A DNA stretch of 64,000 nt, taken from assembly GCA_965287045.1 (NCBI GenBank), contig OZ336903.1:8618001-8682000 (forward strand). The letters are read 5' to 3'. Source of the stretch: Carcharhinus amblyrhynchos (taxonomy: Eukaryota). The number at the start of each line of letters is the position of its first letter. Positions within the stretch are counted from its first letter, which is position 1. Made by a program: the position numbers and the translations under genes. Shown here one piece after another: positions 12,801 to 25,634 of this stretch. The notes beneath the pieces were generated by a model. It searched no databases. It was not told where the DNA came from and saw only the letters and a list, made by a program, of their open reading frames with translations.

Positions 12801-15800
12801 ACGTTAACATGGTTAGAAAATAGCCAAACACATATCAAAGATTTATAGGGTCCTTGCAAATTGTTCTGATTATTATCTGTCAAAGGTAAGTACGCAAACA
12901 GATTTGTTAACAAAGTGGAACATGGAACATGTGAACGAAGCTGAAAGAACTTAAATTGGACGAGGAATCGACCTGAGGGCCCGTCAAGCTCTGGTTCAAT
13001 AATGTGCTTGCTTTTTCACTGTTCCAAATCTTCATTGCAGCCCTCCCTCTCCCAATAATTGGCGAACAAATTTTCGATCTTAAGAGACCAAACGCGCGAA
13101 CTATCTAAAGACACTGTGCTTGACATCCAAAGTTAATTTGACGTAAAAGGATAGATACATACAGCAAATCCGTATCAGATCAATGGATTTTTGGATCGTG
13201 TGATTGATATCAACTCGATGAATAATTCGAATATATGAAACCATATTTTTCCCCTGGTTAAGACAATACAATGTTTGTCGCGATTTTCCAAGCTTTGCAA
13301 ACTGTTTAGACTCTGTCAGTACCTTCTTTGTCTCACACTAAACTCACACTGAGAAATTCCGGGGAAAGAATCCTCAATGCAGGTTGAGTCGGCAGTCGGT
13401 GCAGCTGCTCCATCGTTCAGTAATGTCGGTGCTGATCTATTATCCCTGATATTTCTGGTTCTGATACACTATATTTCAACGCCGGCCACACCTTGCAACT
13501 GGTTTTAAGCCGCCAGTTGGAATTTTAACTCCAGCCTCTTTCGCCTTTACGGAGCTTTTGAAGGCAAAACAAGAGAAACCGCTTTGGGATTGCTTTCAAA
13601 AGGGAATCTAAACATGACGCAAATCTCATGTGCAAATTCAATTACCTCAACTATAATGCACATTTTTACTGACCGTGACAAAAATGAAGAACAGTTGCTT
13701 TTTTTTAATTTGGTGCACTTGAATATAAAATAGCGTCCAACATGTATTGAAGATGAACCCATCTGAGATGAACTCCGAGTTTTTGATTCGTTAGTAGTGA
13801 TCTTCAAAATGATCATATTATTGGTTAATATATTCTGTTTCATCTGATACTTGCGTTGTGTTAAATTAAACTTTCTCATTCATCTTGTATCAGAGCCTGC
13901 CGTGATGGTTAACCCCCGCGAGTGTACAACAGCATTACAAGCAGTCGACTGAACTCAAGGAGGCCTTTCTATTGCAATATTCAGCAATAGAGGTGCAATC
14001 TCAAACCGAGGGAGATACCGTCTGGCAGTCGATGATAATGTACTTTAATAAACCACATATGTCGGACTGGTGTTCTACACTCAGTGAGTTCATTTGCATT
14101 CAGACTACAATGCACTCTGAGCTTCCAAAAACCAGACACTACCTCTCGAATGCTCGCTTCAAATAATCAGGGAGAATTTCATTTCTGGACTGTGTTTCTG
14201 CACATAGCGACAGCGGACAAAATAACTGCACAAAGTGTGAGGAAGCAGCAGCAGAACACTCCTGGCACCAGCATATTTCACAATATAAAACTCAACAAAC
14301 ATAACCAAACACATTGGTTCAATGTGCACATATTGGAAAGAGGACCTGAATCTAATAAGGAGTGAGCAACTTAAAAAGACATATCCAGACGGTGGAAATT
14401 TAATAAGAACATGTTTCTGTGTAATTAAACACAGAATTTGATAATGTACAAATATGTATGCGGAAAATATGAACGATTGAGGAAGTTCAAATTAACACGA
14501 GGCACAGTATGTATAAATAAATGAGAAAGGATGTATGAAACAGCGATAAAGGTCATCAAAGCGAGTCCAGATGACAAGGAGTCATCGAGACTCGAAACGT
14601 CAGCTCTTTTCTCTCCTGACAGATGCTGCCAGACCTGCCGAGATTTTCCAGCATTTCACGTTCTGGTTTCAGATTCCACCATCCACAGTAATTTGTTTTG
14701 ATAGGAATATTAAATAGGCACTTGAATAAACAGTTGCGTCACGAGCTAAACTACAATCTTGCTACCTCTCCAGGCTGTTCAAGTTACGCAAATAAATTGA
14801 TTGGATTAAATGTACCACATGGTGTTCAGACAACGCTTGTGCTGAGAAATATGTATGATTGAATCATTTGTGTAAGATCAGTCGGTAGTCCGTACTGGTA
14901 TTCTACACTAACTTACACCCAGACTGAAATGCACTCTGATCTCCCAAAAAGTGCACACTACCCCTCGAATGCTCGCTTCAAATAATCAGTGAGAATTTCA
15001 TTTCGAGACTGTGTTTCTGCACATTGCGACAGCGGACAAAATACAGCAAACTGCTGTGCTACTTGTATTTGCTTTCGCTTTTAAATCAAAGTTTGTCACA
15101 GCTCTTAACCGTCAATATAAATATATATTACAGTTAAACGTGAAATATTAGAAACTCAAAAGATTCTCCGAAGCATGTTACTTGTCAGCTCAAGCTCAAA
15201 GTTTCCCTGTTGGTCAAAAGGTCCTGTGTTCGAGTGCCCTTTCAAAGACTTGAGCTTAAAGTCTGCCTGTAAACCAACTGAGAACGTACCACACGGTCGG
15301 AGATGTTCTCTCTACTGAATGGGCTCCTTATTGCCCTCCCATGTGCAATATTTCGAAGAAGTGCTGGGGTGCTTTCCCTCGCCAATATTAACCTGTCAAC
15401 CAACATCACAAACAAACGAGTCTGGTTATTATCACGTTCTTGGTGGTTGCAACTTGCTGTAGCTTGAGCGGCGCAGCGAATAAGCACTGCTGCTTCACAG
15501 CACCAGGGAATCGGGTTCGGCTTTGGGTCATTGAGGGTGCATCTTCTCCCTTATCTGCACCGGTTTGCTCCTATTGCCCCGGCTGCCTTCCGCAGTCCGA
15601 AAGACTGGCAAAGTGCATTCGGCGTGATTAATTCTTCCTCAGTGTACCCGAACAAGTGCCAGAGTGTGGCGACTCGGGCACTTTGACAGTGACCTCACTG
15701 CAATGTGAATGTAAGACGACTTGTGACACTAATAAATAAACTAAACTAATGCAATTGTCTTGTCCCCTACTGTGCTCAAGTATATACGGCGACTTGAATG

Positions 15801-16574
15801 TATTTGACGCCTCTATTTGACAGTCAAGTTGTTCGGCATATCGTGAAATCTAAAAGGCGATATTAATGCCAGCATTCTTTTTAAGAAAAGGAAGATGTTT
15901 CCCCAGTTGTGGACAATAGAATTTAAATTTGAACCGATCAATCACAAGGTGCATCAGACGAGGTTCTGCAAATTAACTAAACTGTTTCAATATCCACTTC
16001 ACTCGATCGCAATAAACGACAGGTTTGTATAAAGTAGATGGTTTTCCGTAAAATGGCCGCAGGCACCGGTAATCTAAATGACTGTACTCTCTTAATCCCA
16101 GACGCAGTATCAATACACCAGTTAGATATTTAACTTCAGTCTACGCTCTATACCAAAGTCGCGCGACAGCAACAATTTTGAAGATCTCATGAAATGACCC
16201 ACAACAAAATGAAAACCGAAGAAAGCATTATTATTTACATTTCACGTCAGCTCGTTACGTTCCATTGGTGAAGGCAGATATTGTATGAATGCACATATTT
16301 CAGTAATGATTAATGAATCAATAATACACACATTTCAGTCATGGTCAACCTATCAACAATGCACACATTTCAGTAATGGTTAATCTATCAATAATGCACA
16401 CATTTCATACATGGTCAATGTATCAATAATGCACACGGTTCAGTAATAATCAACGTATCAATAGTGCACACATATTCAGTAATGGTCAATGATCATTAGA
16501 CAAGTGAGTACTTTCAATAACTTACAGTTCAAAAGCTGCAATAGAATTAAGGTCAGGCAAGACGACAACATCAT
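504..16574 (-). CDS. Paralogous SRCR receptor gene (copy A), 5' part only (exons 1-7); continues beyond position 1
   Basis: Exons 16574-16526, 7516-7484, 6386-6078, 5609-5301, 4820-4512, 2609-2352 and 818-504 have the same lengths and splice sites as copy B and are open in frame. Confidence 0.85.
1610..1667. repeat. Interrupted (CA)n microsatellite
   Basis: cacacacagacacacagatacatacacacacaca...; shorter counterpart at ~48002-48039. Confidence 0.9.
2352..2609 (-). CDS. Copy A SRCR4 exon (shortened)
   Basis: 258 nt; same C5-C6 loop deletion as copy B. Confidence 0.88.
2770..3485 (-). mobile_element. Two tRNA-derived SINEs (~2770-3050 and ~3165-3485); duplicated at ~49145-49835
   Basis: Reverse complement of the SINE head (gcactgctgcctcacagcgccaggga...ggttcgatt) and body (gtgggtttcctcc). 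Confidence 0.8.
4512..4820 (-). CDS. Copy A SRCR3 exon (6 Cys)
   Basis: 309 nt, open, canonical splice sites. Confidence 0.9.
5301..5609 (-). CDS. Copy A SRCR2 exon (6 Cys)
   Basis: 309 nt, open, canonical splice sites. Confidence 0.9.
6078..6386 (-). CDS. Copy A SRCR1 exon (6 Cys)
   Basis: 309 nt, open, canonical splice sites. Confidence 0.9.
7484..7516 (-). CDS. Copy A exon 2 (33 nt)
   Basis: Identical to copy B exon 2. Confidence 0.7.
10600..12480. mobile_element. Rearranged CR1 cluster: minus-strand ORF2 pieces (endonuclease at ~11910-12480) around a plus-strand RT C-terminus/3'UTR (~11170-11900); duplicated at ~55900-57750
   Basis: Minus strand: [27 protein letters not shown]. Plus strand: CVQFWSPYLRKDI...[14 protein letters not shown]. 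Confidence 0.85.
14060..15043. repeat. Pair of ~160-bp direct repeats in intron 1 (14060-14224 and 14888-15043)
   Basis: Both read ...actacc(t/c)ctcgaatgctcgcttcaaataatcag(g/t)gagaatttcatttc...gcgacagcggacaaaata; also present in copy B. Confidence 0.9.
14565..14705 (+). mobile_element. Penelope-like terminal-repeat fragment; related copies at ~17335-17525, 26480-26620, 42620-42760, 59860-59995 and 62615-62810
   Basis: Shared motif gactcgaaacgtcagctc...agatgctgccagacctgctgagattttccagcatttt; family assignment is from recollection, not a search. Confidence 0.55.
15460..15750 (+). mobile_element. tRNA-derived SINE (duplicate at ~60755-61045)
   Basis: gcactgctgcttcacagcaccaggga head; cttgtgacactaataaataaa tail. 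Confidence 0.8.
16289..16495. repeat. Minisatellite, ~6 x 35 bp, at the start of intron 1 (copy A)
   Basis: Unit atgcacacatttcagt(a/c)atggtcaat(g/c)tatcaata starts at 16289, 16324, 16359, 16394, 16429 and 16464. Confidence 0.9.
16526..16574 (-). CDS. Copy A exon 1, signal peptide [16 protein letters not shown]
   Basis: ATG at 16574, GTAAGT donor at 16525-16520. Confidence 0.75.
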
Positions 16575-16800
16575 TCGGGCTGTCAATTACAGAGATAACA
16601 TCTGAAGATTGACCCGATGCGTTGTGGCCGGGCAGCACCTTTTAACTCTCTGACTGCTCTGGAAGTTAACTCCTCAATAACAGCGTGTGGAGAAACCAAT
16701 ATTTCCTTCCAAGTAACCAATAACATTTCACAGTTGACAACGTCAATTGCAGCCTGGTCAAATGCACCAATGAGATGCACTGTGCTGTGCCCAAGTTCAA
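16575..16800 (-). promoter_or_regulatory. Putative 5'UTR/proximal promoter of copy A (copy B ~61870-62100)
   Basis: Directly upstream of the ATG; three CCAAT pentamers (~16696, 16717, 16767) and a GGAAGGAAAT ETS-like site, kept in both copies; no clear TATA box. Confidence 0.3.
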
Positions 16801-19800
16801 AGCACCAGCTTATCCTGAGAGACTAATGACGGTTAAGAGTCTGAAATGAAAATGGGTCAACGATCTTGCACCCAGACTACAGATTTCAACAAGCACGGAA
16901 GGAGGTTACCAAGTTCAGTTTCTTCGAAAAAGCTGTGTGAAGTATTCTCATGTACACAGCTTTTCCCGAGATTAATATACAGATCTCTCCAAAAACTTGC
17001 CCAGCTGTCTTTAAAAAGTTCATCTGGAATCTGATTTCATTGCTCTTTCCGCTCGTGCTTTGCAAATTTGAATCACCCCCTGTGTGAATTGATTTCCATC
17101 ATTACCTCTGGTCCTTCTAAAAACTATGTTCTATTTACCAACTCTGGTTCCCGATTGACTTGCAGGAGCAAAGCAGTTCCATCTTCTTGCTTTAATCAAC
17201 GTCTCTTATAATTCTAAATAACTCTGTTGAATGGTCTCTAAGCTTTCCTGCTCCAACTTGATACACACAAATTCCTCCATGTAACGGTATTCCTTTGCCC
17301 CTGATATCTGCCGGGCCCTCTCCAGGATCCAGATGACCCTTTGTCAAAGCTGACCCTTTTCCAGGTTTTGCTGGATTTGTCAAAGCCAGCTTTGTCAAAG
17401 TGCTATCTGGATTCGAAACGTTAGCTCTTTTCTCTCGTGACTGATGCTGCAGATCTGCTGAAATTTTCCAGTATTTTTGCTTTTGCTTTCAGATTCCAGC
17501 ATCCGCAGTAATTTGCTTTTATCCAATTTATTTTTCTAAATCTAGGGATTAAATTGGCCAGTGTCTTCTTTCACCTTCATCTCACTTCCTGAAACTTTGC
17601 CAGTTTGAGTTGACTTAACCATGCCATGTATTCATCTCGGAACCACGTCTTTTCGATGTTTGTTTTGCCTTTTCTTCGTAGAATTTCCTGAATCCAACGA
17701 GGAATATTCTTTCATCCCACAACTATGCTGCAGGAAGGTCTTCAACTCTCCAGAAAATCGAAGCCATTGGAACAATAATAACTGAAATCATTGTGTCTCC
17801 CTGAACAGCCGAACCGATACAGTGCCAGGACAATGTTTCTGATTGCATTTGCTCGAATTCATTGTGCTCACTGAAACTTAGTATTGAAAACTACTTATGA
17901 AATATCGAACTGGAGATGAATATGATTGAAGCACACTTTCAAGCAATTGATCAATTCCCCAAACATAAAGATTCTGGCCCTTTGAAACAGTGGCTCATTC
18001 TAATCAATAATAACCATGTCAATCAATTACCCTCCAATAACTTTCATTCCTGTGGTTCCCTTCGTTCTACTTTCTCACATCCTGACACTTCTACGGACTC
18101 TATTCCATTCTCTTAGATTCTGCATCTCTGTCATTATCATTCGGATAATACTGCCTTCCATACGATGTTTCTGATCCACTTTCCTTTGCCTTAATTTAGG
18201 ATCGATTTGCACTATGGTTATTGGAGGCTTTCGAACATATCTATCCCATTGCACATATTTCTAGTTTAACACCTTCCCATCCCTCTGCTGACTGTAATAT
18301 GGATTCCTTTCTCACCAACATCCACTGTCAACAGCCTTCACGTTAATGGAATCAAATTCTGCCACTCCCATCACCTGCAGTGTCCTGTTCCTAATCTGCT
18401 CTCTCTTTACAGAATTTGACACACCTATTCATCCCTATTCTTGACACACTTCATCATTGCTTTGTTGAGCCCCTCCCTCAAAGTTGCATACCAGGTGCTA
18501 ACCTTCAGTCAGTCTTCAATCCCTGCCCTTTCCCACCATGATCTGTCTCTCTCAGTCTCCAACACCGTTACAGTTCAGCTCAGATGAAGGTCGAGGTACA
18601 ACGCCTCAAAATCCGATTAGACAGTTTGCTAATTTTGGAATTCAGTCAAGTTCAAAAGAATGAGGTTCTGATCACTGCATCCATTTTATTGCTGCCGGAA
18701 TGCACTTCTGACTAGCAGATTTATCACCAGAGTTTTTATTTAGTTATTTCATGTCTCCCTCAGTTTCCACTTCCACTGGCTAAATTCTGACTTGAATACT
18801 GGGGATCATTTCCTCCAAATATCCGGAAACGGCCTGAAATGGTAATCCCGTTCTATTTTTTATTCATTTGTAGGACATTGGTGTCACTGGCTGGCCAGCA
18901 TTTATTGGCCATCCCTGGTTGTCTTTGATCGGAGTGGCTTGCTTGGCCATTTCAGCAGACAGTTGAGAGTCAACCACATTGCTGTGGCTCTGGAGTTACA
19001 TGTAGGCCAGATCAGGTTAGGACAGGAGATTGCCTTCCCTTAAGGACACGAGTGAACCAGGTGGTCCTTTTTATTTGAAAAAAAGTCCTCAGAACATGAG
19101 CCGAGTTTCTGGATTAATCCATCGCCTCGTAGTATTATCCCTGTCTGTTAATCACTCTGCAAATTCTGCCTGATCTGCTAAATAATCCCGGTGTTGTCTC
19201 CTGATATTCAAGCATCCACAGTATTTTGCCTTTTAAAGAAGGCGATATGGTGGATAATTATGAAGCGACATGCAATTGATGGTGAATATAAAGACATAGA
19301 ATAAATGTGTATAACAATAAGGAGAGGCTAGTAACTGAGATTATGATGAGATTTGGTAGGTGGTTCCTTGGCGGCAGAATTGGCCAAACACTGCTATGAA
19401 GTTGAGGCCAATCACAACTGTCAACATTTCCAGTAATTCAGGGACCTCTGACGAAGTAGCCCAGTTTGACTTCATTGCTTATTGTAGAGTGGCAGGCAGT
19501 CAGAATCGGGCCTGAAAAGTGCTGCAGAATTACACAACATTTATGGGCTCCGTCACTTCTTAGGGCAGCTTGCCAAACATGTGAACATTCAGTGAGAAGC
19601 AAGTCACACAGACACGTTCACTGGTAAATTGAAGTTTAGAATTTTCGCCATGGTTAAACCGGAGTTCGAGAGTTGCTGTGTCTCTTGTTTACATCCAGGG
19701 GCACGGTTTATTGGAGGCTTCACCCGGAATCAAGAACGATTCCCAGAAATTCTAATGCCTGAAAAAACAGCTCACATTCTGCAGAGCCTCAGAACAGTCA

Positions 19801-21454
19801 CTGTGCATTTCAGAGTTCTGTTGACCTCACAGGAAACACCTGGTGCTGTGGGGATTTCCAGTTTCTTGTTTTGATGGCAGCTCCCCTATAATATAAGTAT
19901 GATGTTGCTGGACATTTCGTCTTGGATGTGAAATCAGGTCGCCTAAAATGAAACAGGGAAATGCAGCAACCAGTGCATTATCTATATGGGCAACATCATT
20001 AATATCACTGGAAATATATTCAAGCTTAATGCTTGCAAATATACTTGTCCTTGGCAACAAGGACTGAATCACAGGTCAAAATTACCATCATCTGTACATA
20101 CTTTCCCAGGGATATAACAAAAATGATCAACATGCCGGGATCCAAGATGCCGTGTCTGACCTGTGATCTGCCACTGTTCCACGGGCATTTCTTGTTTTCT
20201 TTAAAGATTTCTAATCCCTTCCAAATTGATATCCGCCAATCCTGTCCCCAGCCCAACATTTCTCTTTCTTCTAAAAGTCTTTGCTGCCACGCACCCGTCA
20301 CCAGAAGTGGAAGCCCGTTTATCAACCTTGCAACACCAGCAGCAACAAGACCGTAGCCCTGTGATCCAATGGACGTGTTCTGTCACTTGCCAGGACTCCA
20401 GTCCCGTTTGACATGAATGGGCCAAGCTCAAACTGCAGATGTAGGATTCTCAGAATGTAGTGTTCATGTAGAATCCATCTGTTTCTACCGTCTCTACTGA
20501 CCATCTTGTTGTATATTCAGTTCTGAGATTGCCAGCGAACTATTACGTCCAAAATCACATTCCTCAACAAATATGCTAAGTGCCCACTGCCTTTCCAAAG
20601 AAACAGGCGAAAAACTAAAGCAAAATGAATGAATAATCCTTGCTCCTTGACGGGTAGCAACCAAGAGTTTTCCTATGGAGTTGATGCGATTCCAATTTTA
20701 TTTTTAATTAAATTTCCAATGACAATTTCAGTTCGACCAGAGAAGCCTGGCACCCAAATTAGGAACAAGTTGAGTATAAGGTTTCTATTCCTGAAACCGA
20801 CTCAGTCTCAAGATTAAACTGCGTTGCCCAAGATCTGTCTTTATTCCATGAGTCTACAGTTGAATTCTCAACTTCCTTTCTCCCAGAGCTGACAACTGAG
20901 GTGATGAATAGTTTCATGAGTACTGCCAGTATGGATTGAATACCTTTCACTTGTTGCGAACAATAACAGTTGATTTTAATCAATAACACTTCTCGTTTGC
21001 TTGGCATTACCTCCCATGGATGTTTCATAGTCTGTTAAAGCAAGGAGAAAACGAAGAGAAGCACTGAACATTGAAAAAGATGGAGACCTTATTTTTTAAA
21101 ACGTACAGATCGTTGATGACATAACAGGGAAAAATGGAACAGCAACAAAGCCTAATTGAACTTGGTGACTTTTTGACCATGTATTTTCTACTCTGATGCC
21201 ATCGATTCAGAAAGGTCAGAGAATTTATTTTGCACACCGATTATTCTCAAAAATGTGCTAGGATATCTGGTTCAGGCTGAAAGCCGGGCTCCAAGTGTTT
21301 CTATGGATATGAAAGCCGTATTTATGTTCCGAGCAAACCTCAGTCTCTTCATTCTGTTCACTAGCAACTGCACAGTCATTTTTTAAAGAGCATTGGCATG
21401 CCCCAAGGAAAGGAAAATCAAGGACAGATTCTTAATTCAGAAGGTGGAAAATGC

Positions 21455-21875
21455 TTGAGCCTTCCGACTGTAAAAGCGCCTCCAATTGCAAAGCAACTCC
21501 CACATGCTTATGTCTTTCATTTATTCTTCATACCCTGACCCGATCGAAGCACAGTGGAGTCACAGTTGGAATTGAAACCAATCTCCGCACATACAATTAC
21601 CTTTGTCCAGCATTAATCTAACTATAGATTTTACCCTTCCTTCCACTGAAACATGGAACTGAACCCACTTAAAATTATACCTTAATTGTGATGTTTATCA
21701 ATTCAAATCTTTAAAACTGCATTGTTATCCGAAAAGGAGAGCATTCCAGATCTTAGGATTTCAACTGTGACTCTCGTGCGCTTGGAGAGGGTCAGGGCGT
21801 GAAGGATAAATGAAAGACATAAGCACGTGGGTGTTGCTCAGCAACTGGCGGCCCTTCCAAGGTAGGAAGGCTGAG
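21455..21875. repeat. Foldback/MITE-like element with ~120-bp inverted arms
   Basis: Arm 21455-21575 (…tgcttatgtctttcatttat…ccctgaccc…gagtcacagttg) is the imperfect reverse complement of 21757-21875. Confidence 0.85.
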
Positions 21876-24120
21876 TTTAGTATTAGTATTAGTGCTACCG
21901 AGGTAATAAGCATTCTGGTTCGTTGTTGTAAAATTACTTGAGTCTTTTAGTCATTGGCTTTGGCAGTCAGTGTGATAACTCCCTCTCCATTGCGAATTTT
22001 TTCTACAATGCTTTCTGGAATGTGTTGATTGTATTTTCTGCTGGTGTGTCCTGCAGAAAAGAAAAAGTGACCTGATATAGATATTTTTCAAAAAAATTAT
22101 GGACGGGTATATGTAGGAGATGATTCCGATGGTGGGTGCGTATGGAGTCCAAAATTCGGCCACATCAGTGTAAGATTGCCGCTGTTAAATCCATTGCAAG
22201 AGAGACTGACTTTCCGCAAAGAGTAATTGAGGCAAATATTGATGCATGTGAAGGAAAATTAGATGAACACATTAGAGAGAAACGAATACAAGGACAAGAT
22301 GACAGAATTAAATGATGAGGAGGGGGCGAATTTAAAGCACGTATCAGCAGCATTCAATGGTTGATTTCGGTGCTGGACACGACATGTGTTTACATTGCAG
22401 GATTGAACCTGCACTGTTACTTCAGCCTTTTGCCAGACGAGGGCGCACAGCGCTCACGAATGAAGAGGGACATTTCGATGTGATGAACAAAAGCAATGTG
22501 CTCAGAAAAAAAACTGGTCGAATCAGCATATTATATTCCTCCAATGCCCCTTTCACTGTAGTCTTCTAAAATCAAACAGTCCTGCTGCATTGGGCATTTA
22601 GAATGTGTAAATTGTGCAACGGAATTATCACAAGAAATTTTACCTGCTGGATATGACTTGATTTAATTGATTATTGTCACTTTTATCCAGTGAAAAGTAT
22701 TGTCTCTTGCGTGCTTTACAGACAAAGCGGACCGTTCATGGAGTACATCGGGGAGAAGGAAAGGAGATGACGCAGAATATAAAGTTGTGGCCATAGCTAG
22801 GGTGAAAAGAAAGATCAATTTAATATGAGGTAGGTGCATTGAAAAGTTTGATGGTAGCAAGGAAGAAACTGTTCCTGAGTTGGATGGTTCATGATCTCAG
22901 CCTTTTGTATCTTTTTCCCGACGGAAAAAGGTGGAAGAGATTATGTCTGGGATGCCTGGGGGTCCTTGATTATGTGGCTGCCTTTTCTCAGTGGCAGGAA
23001 TTAGAGACAGAGTCAATGGATATGGGTGACTATGTATTTGCTGTGTATGACCCCTCTCATGCTTGAGGGAAACTAAATCCAGTGCGCACATTACTGAAAC
23101 AGAAATTGCTTGAAAAACTCAGCAGTCCCTTACAGTAAGATCCGATGAATTCATAATGGGCAACGAAGAGATGACAGACCAGTTGATCAAATGATTTGGA
23201 TCTGTCTTCACTGAACATTCAGACATACGAGAGCACAGAGGGTTTAGCATGAAGGAGGACCTGAATGAAATCCTTACTATTCAGGAAATTTAATTGGCGA
23301 AATTGCTGGGATTAAAACCCGACAAATCCCAGGCCCTGCTGCTCTGCGTCCCAGAGTAATCTCGGAAGTGCCCCTAGAAATATTAATTTTCCAGCATTCT
23401 ATAGACTCTGGAGTTCCAATGGATTGAAGAGTAGCTAATGTAACTCCACTTTTTATAAAAGGAGGGAAAGAGAAACTGGGGAATTATAGACTGGTTAGCC
23501 TGACATTGGTGGTGGGGAAAATGCTGGAGACAATTATCAAGGACATGGTTACTGAGCGTTTGCAAAGCAGTGACACGATTTGTCCAAGTTGGCATGGATT
23601 CAATAAAGGGAATTCTTGCGTGACAAAGCTTGAATTTTTGAGGATGTGTCCGTCACCAGCTGATTGCCCAGGTGAACCAAAGCACTTTCTGCATCTGGAC
23701 TTTCAAAAGGTTTTTGACAAAGTCACATACAAGAGATTAGTGAGGAAAATTTTGCCGCATGGTACTGGGGAAATGTATTGATGTGGATACAGAATTAGTT
23801 GGCAGACAGGAAGCAGGGAGTGAGAGTATGTGGGCCCTTTTCAGAGTAGCAGTCAGTACTAGCGGAGTACCACAGTGTTGAGTGCTGTGACTCCAGTTAT
23901 TCACGATATGTATTAACAATTTGGACACAGGACTTGAATGCAATATCTTCAAATTTTCAGATGACACTAATCTGGGTGGCAGTGTGTGTTGTGGAGGGCA
24001 ATGCTAAGAGGCTGCAGGGTGACTTGGACAGGCTGGTGAGTGAGCAAATACTTGGCAAGTACAATATAATCTGGATAAATGTGAGGTTTGATGGCAAAAA
24101 CAGGAAGGAAGATTATTACT

Positions 24121-24402
24121 GATGGCACAGTGGTTAACACTACTGTCTCACAGCACCAGGGACCCGGGTTCAATTATCGGCTTGTGTGATTGTCTGTGTG
24201 GAGGCTGCACGATCTTCCTGTGTTTGCACGCGTTTCCTCCAGTTACTCCCACAGTTCAAAGAAGTGCTGATTAGGTGCATTGGCTCTGCTAAATTCTTCT
24301 TCAGTGTACGCCAACAGGCACTGGAGTGTGCTGACTGGAGGATTTTCAGAATAACGTCAGAAAAGTGTAAATGTAAGCCTTTTGGTGACATTAATAAATA
24401 AA
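24121..24402 (+). mobile_element. tRNA-derived SINE
   Basis: A box tggcacagtgg, B box gggttcaatt, taataaataaa tail. Confidence 0.85.
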
Positions 24403-24570
24403 GTTGAATTAAAATTTTTCTGAAAGGTAGCAGTTTAGGCAAAGGGTAAGTGCAATATGACCTGGGTGCCACGGTGCAAGTTGGCATCCAGCTGCAGCAC
24501 GTGGTGAGGAAACCTATTTGTATGCTGGCCTTCTTAGCAAGAGGATTTGAATACAGGGGTCAGCCTGTCT

Positions 24571-25634
24571 CATAAGAACATAAGAAATAGGAGCAGGAGT
24601 AGGCCATCGAGCCCTTCAAGCCTGCCCCGCCTTTCAATAAGATGATGGCTGATCTGAAGTGGATCAGTTCCGCTTTGCCGTTTTCTCCCCATAACTCTTA
24701 ATTCCCTTGTCTGTCAAAAACCTATCTACCCGTGACTTAAATATATTTAGCGAGGTAGCCTCCACCACTTCAACCGGCAGAGAATTCCAGAGATTCACCA
24801 CCTTTTGAGTGAAGAAGTTACTCCTCAACTCTGATCTAAACTGCACACCCCCCCTTATCTTGAGGCTGTGCCCTCTAGTCCTGCTATCCTTTCTAAGTGG
24901 GAAGAATCTCTCTACCTCTACCCTATCCATCCCCTTCATTATCTTACACGTCTCGATCAGATCCCCCCTCATCCTTCTAAACTCCAACGAGTACAGACCG
25001 AGTCTATTTAGTCTCTTCATAGTCCAACCCCACCGCCCCCCCGCCCCCATCTCCGGTATCAGCCTAGTGAACCTCCTCTGCACTCCTCCAAGGCCAATAT
25101 ATCCTTCCGCAAGTGCAGCTACCAAAACGGCACACAGTACTCCAGCTGCAGCCTCACCAGTACTCTGTACGGCTTCAGCAAGACCTCCCTGCTTTTATAT
25201 TCGATCCCCCTCGCTATAAAGGCCAGCATCCCATTCGCCTTCTTGATCACCTGCTGCACCTGCAGACTGGGTTTTTGCCACTCGTGCACAAGGAGACCCA
25301 GGTCCCTCTGCACCGTAGCATGCTGCAGCTTTTCGCTTTTTAAATAATAATCCCTCCTATTATTTCTGCCCAAGTGGATAACCTCACACTTGCTAACATT
25401 ATACTCTATCTGCCAGGTCCTCGCCCACTCGCTGAGCCTATCCAGATCCCTCTGCAGACTTTTCACACCCTCCGCAAAATTTGATTTTCCACTCATCTTC
25501 GTGTCATCAGCAAATTTCGTCACCCTACAGTCAGCCCCCTCCTCCAGATCATCTATATAAATGGTAAATAGCTGAGGCCCCAGCACCGATCCCTGCGGCA
25601 CTCCACTGGTCACCAACCGCTAATCAGAATAGCA
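24571..25634 (-). mobile_element. 5'-truncated CR1 LINE nested in an older CR1
   Basis: ORFs 25119-25616 and 24664-25125 ([13 protein letters not shown]); tail reads cataagaacataagaa on +; cctgtct on both sides as a likely target-site duplication. Confidence 0.92.

Larger units (their letters stand above)
1..18713. repeat. Tandem segmental duplication, copy A (matches 46392-64000)
   Basis: Collinear near-identity of exons, introns and TE insertions; offset is 46391 at the left edge and ~45290 at the right edge. Confidence 0.97.

Noticed and set aside
16289-16495. 35-bp periodic array as CRISPR-like
   Set aside because: Contiguous tandem units with no unique spacers, no cas genes, and a eukaryotic intron context.
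19600-21300. Cluster of short ORFs in the intergenic region
   Set aside because: No recognisable domain or consistent exon structure; may be an old TE, but I cannot support that without a search.
24121-24180. tRNA gene
   Set aside because: The A/B boxes continue into a SINE body and tail found many times in the window; no cloverleaf is evident.
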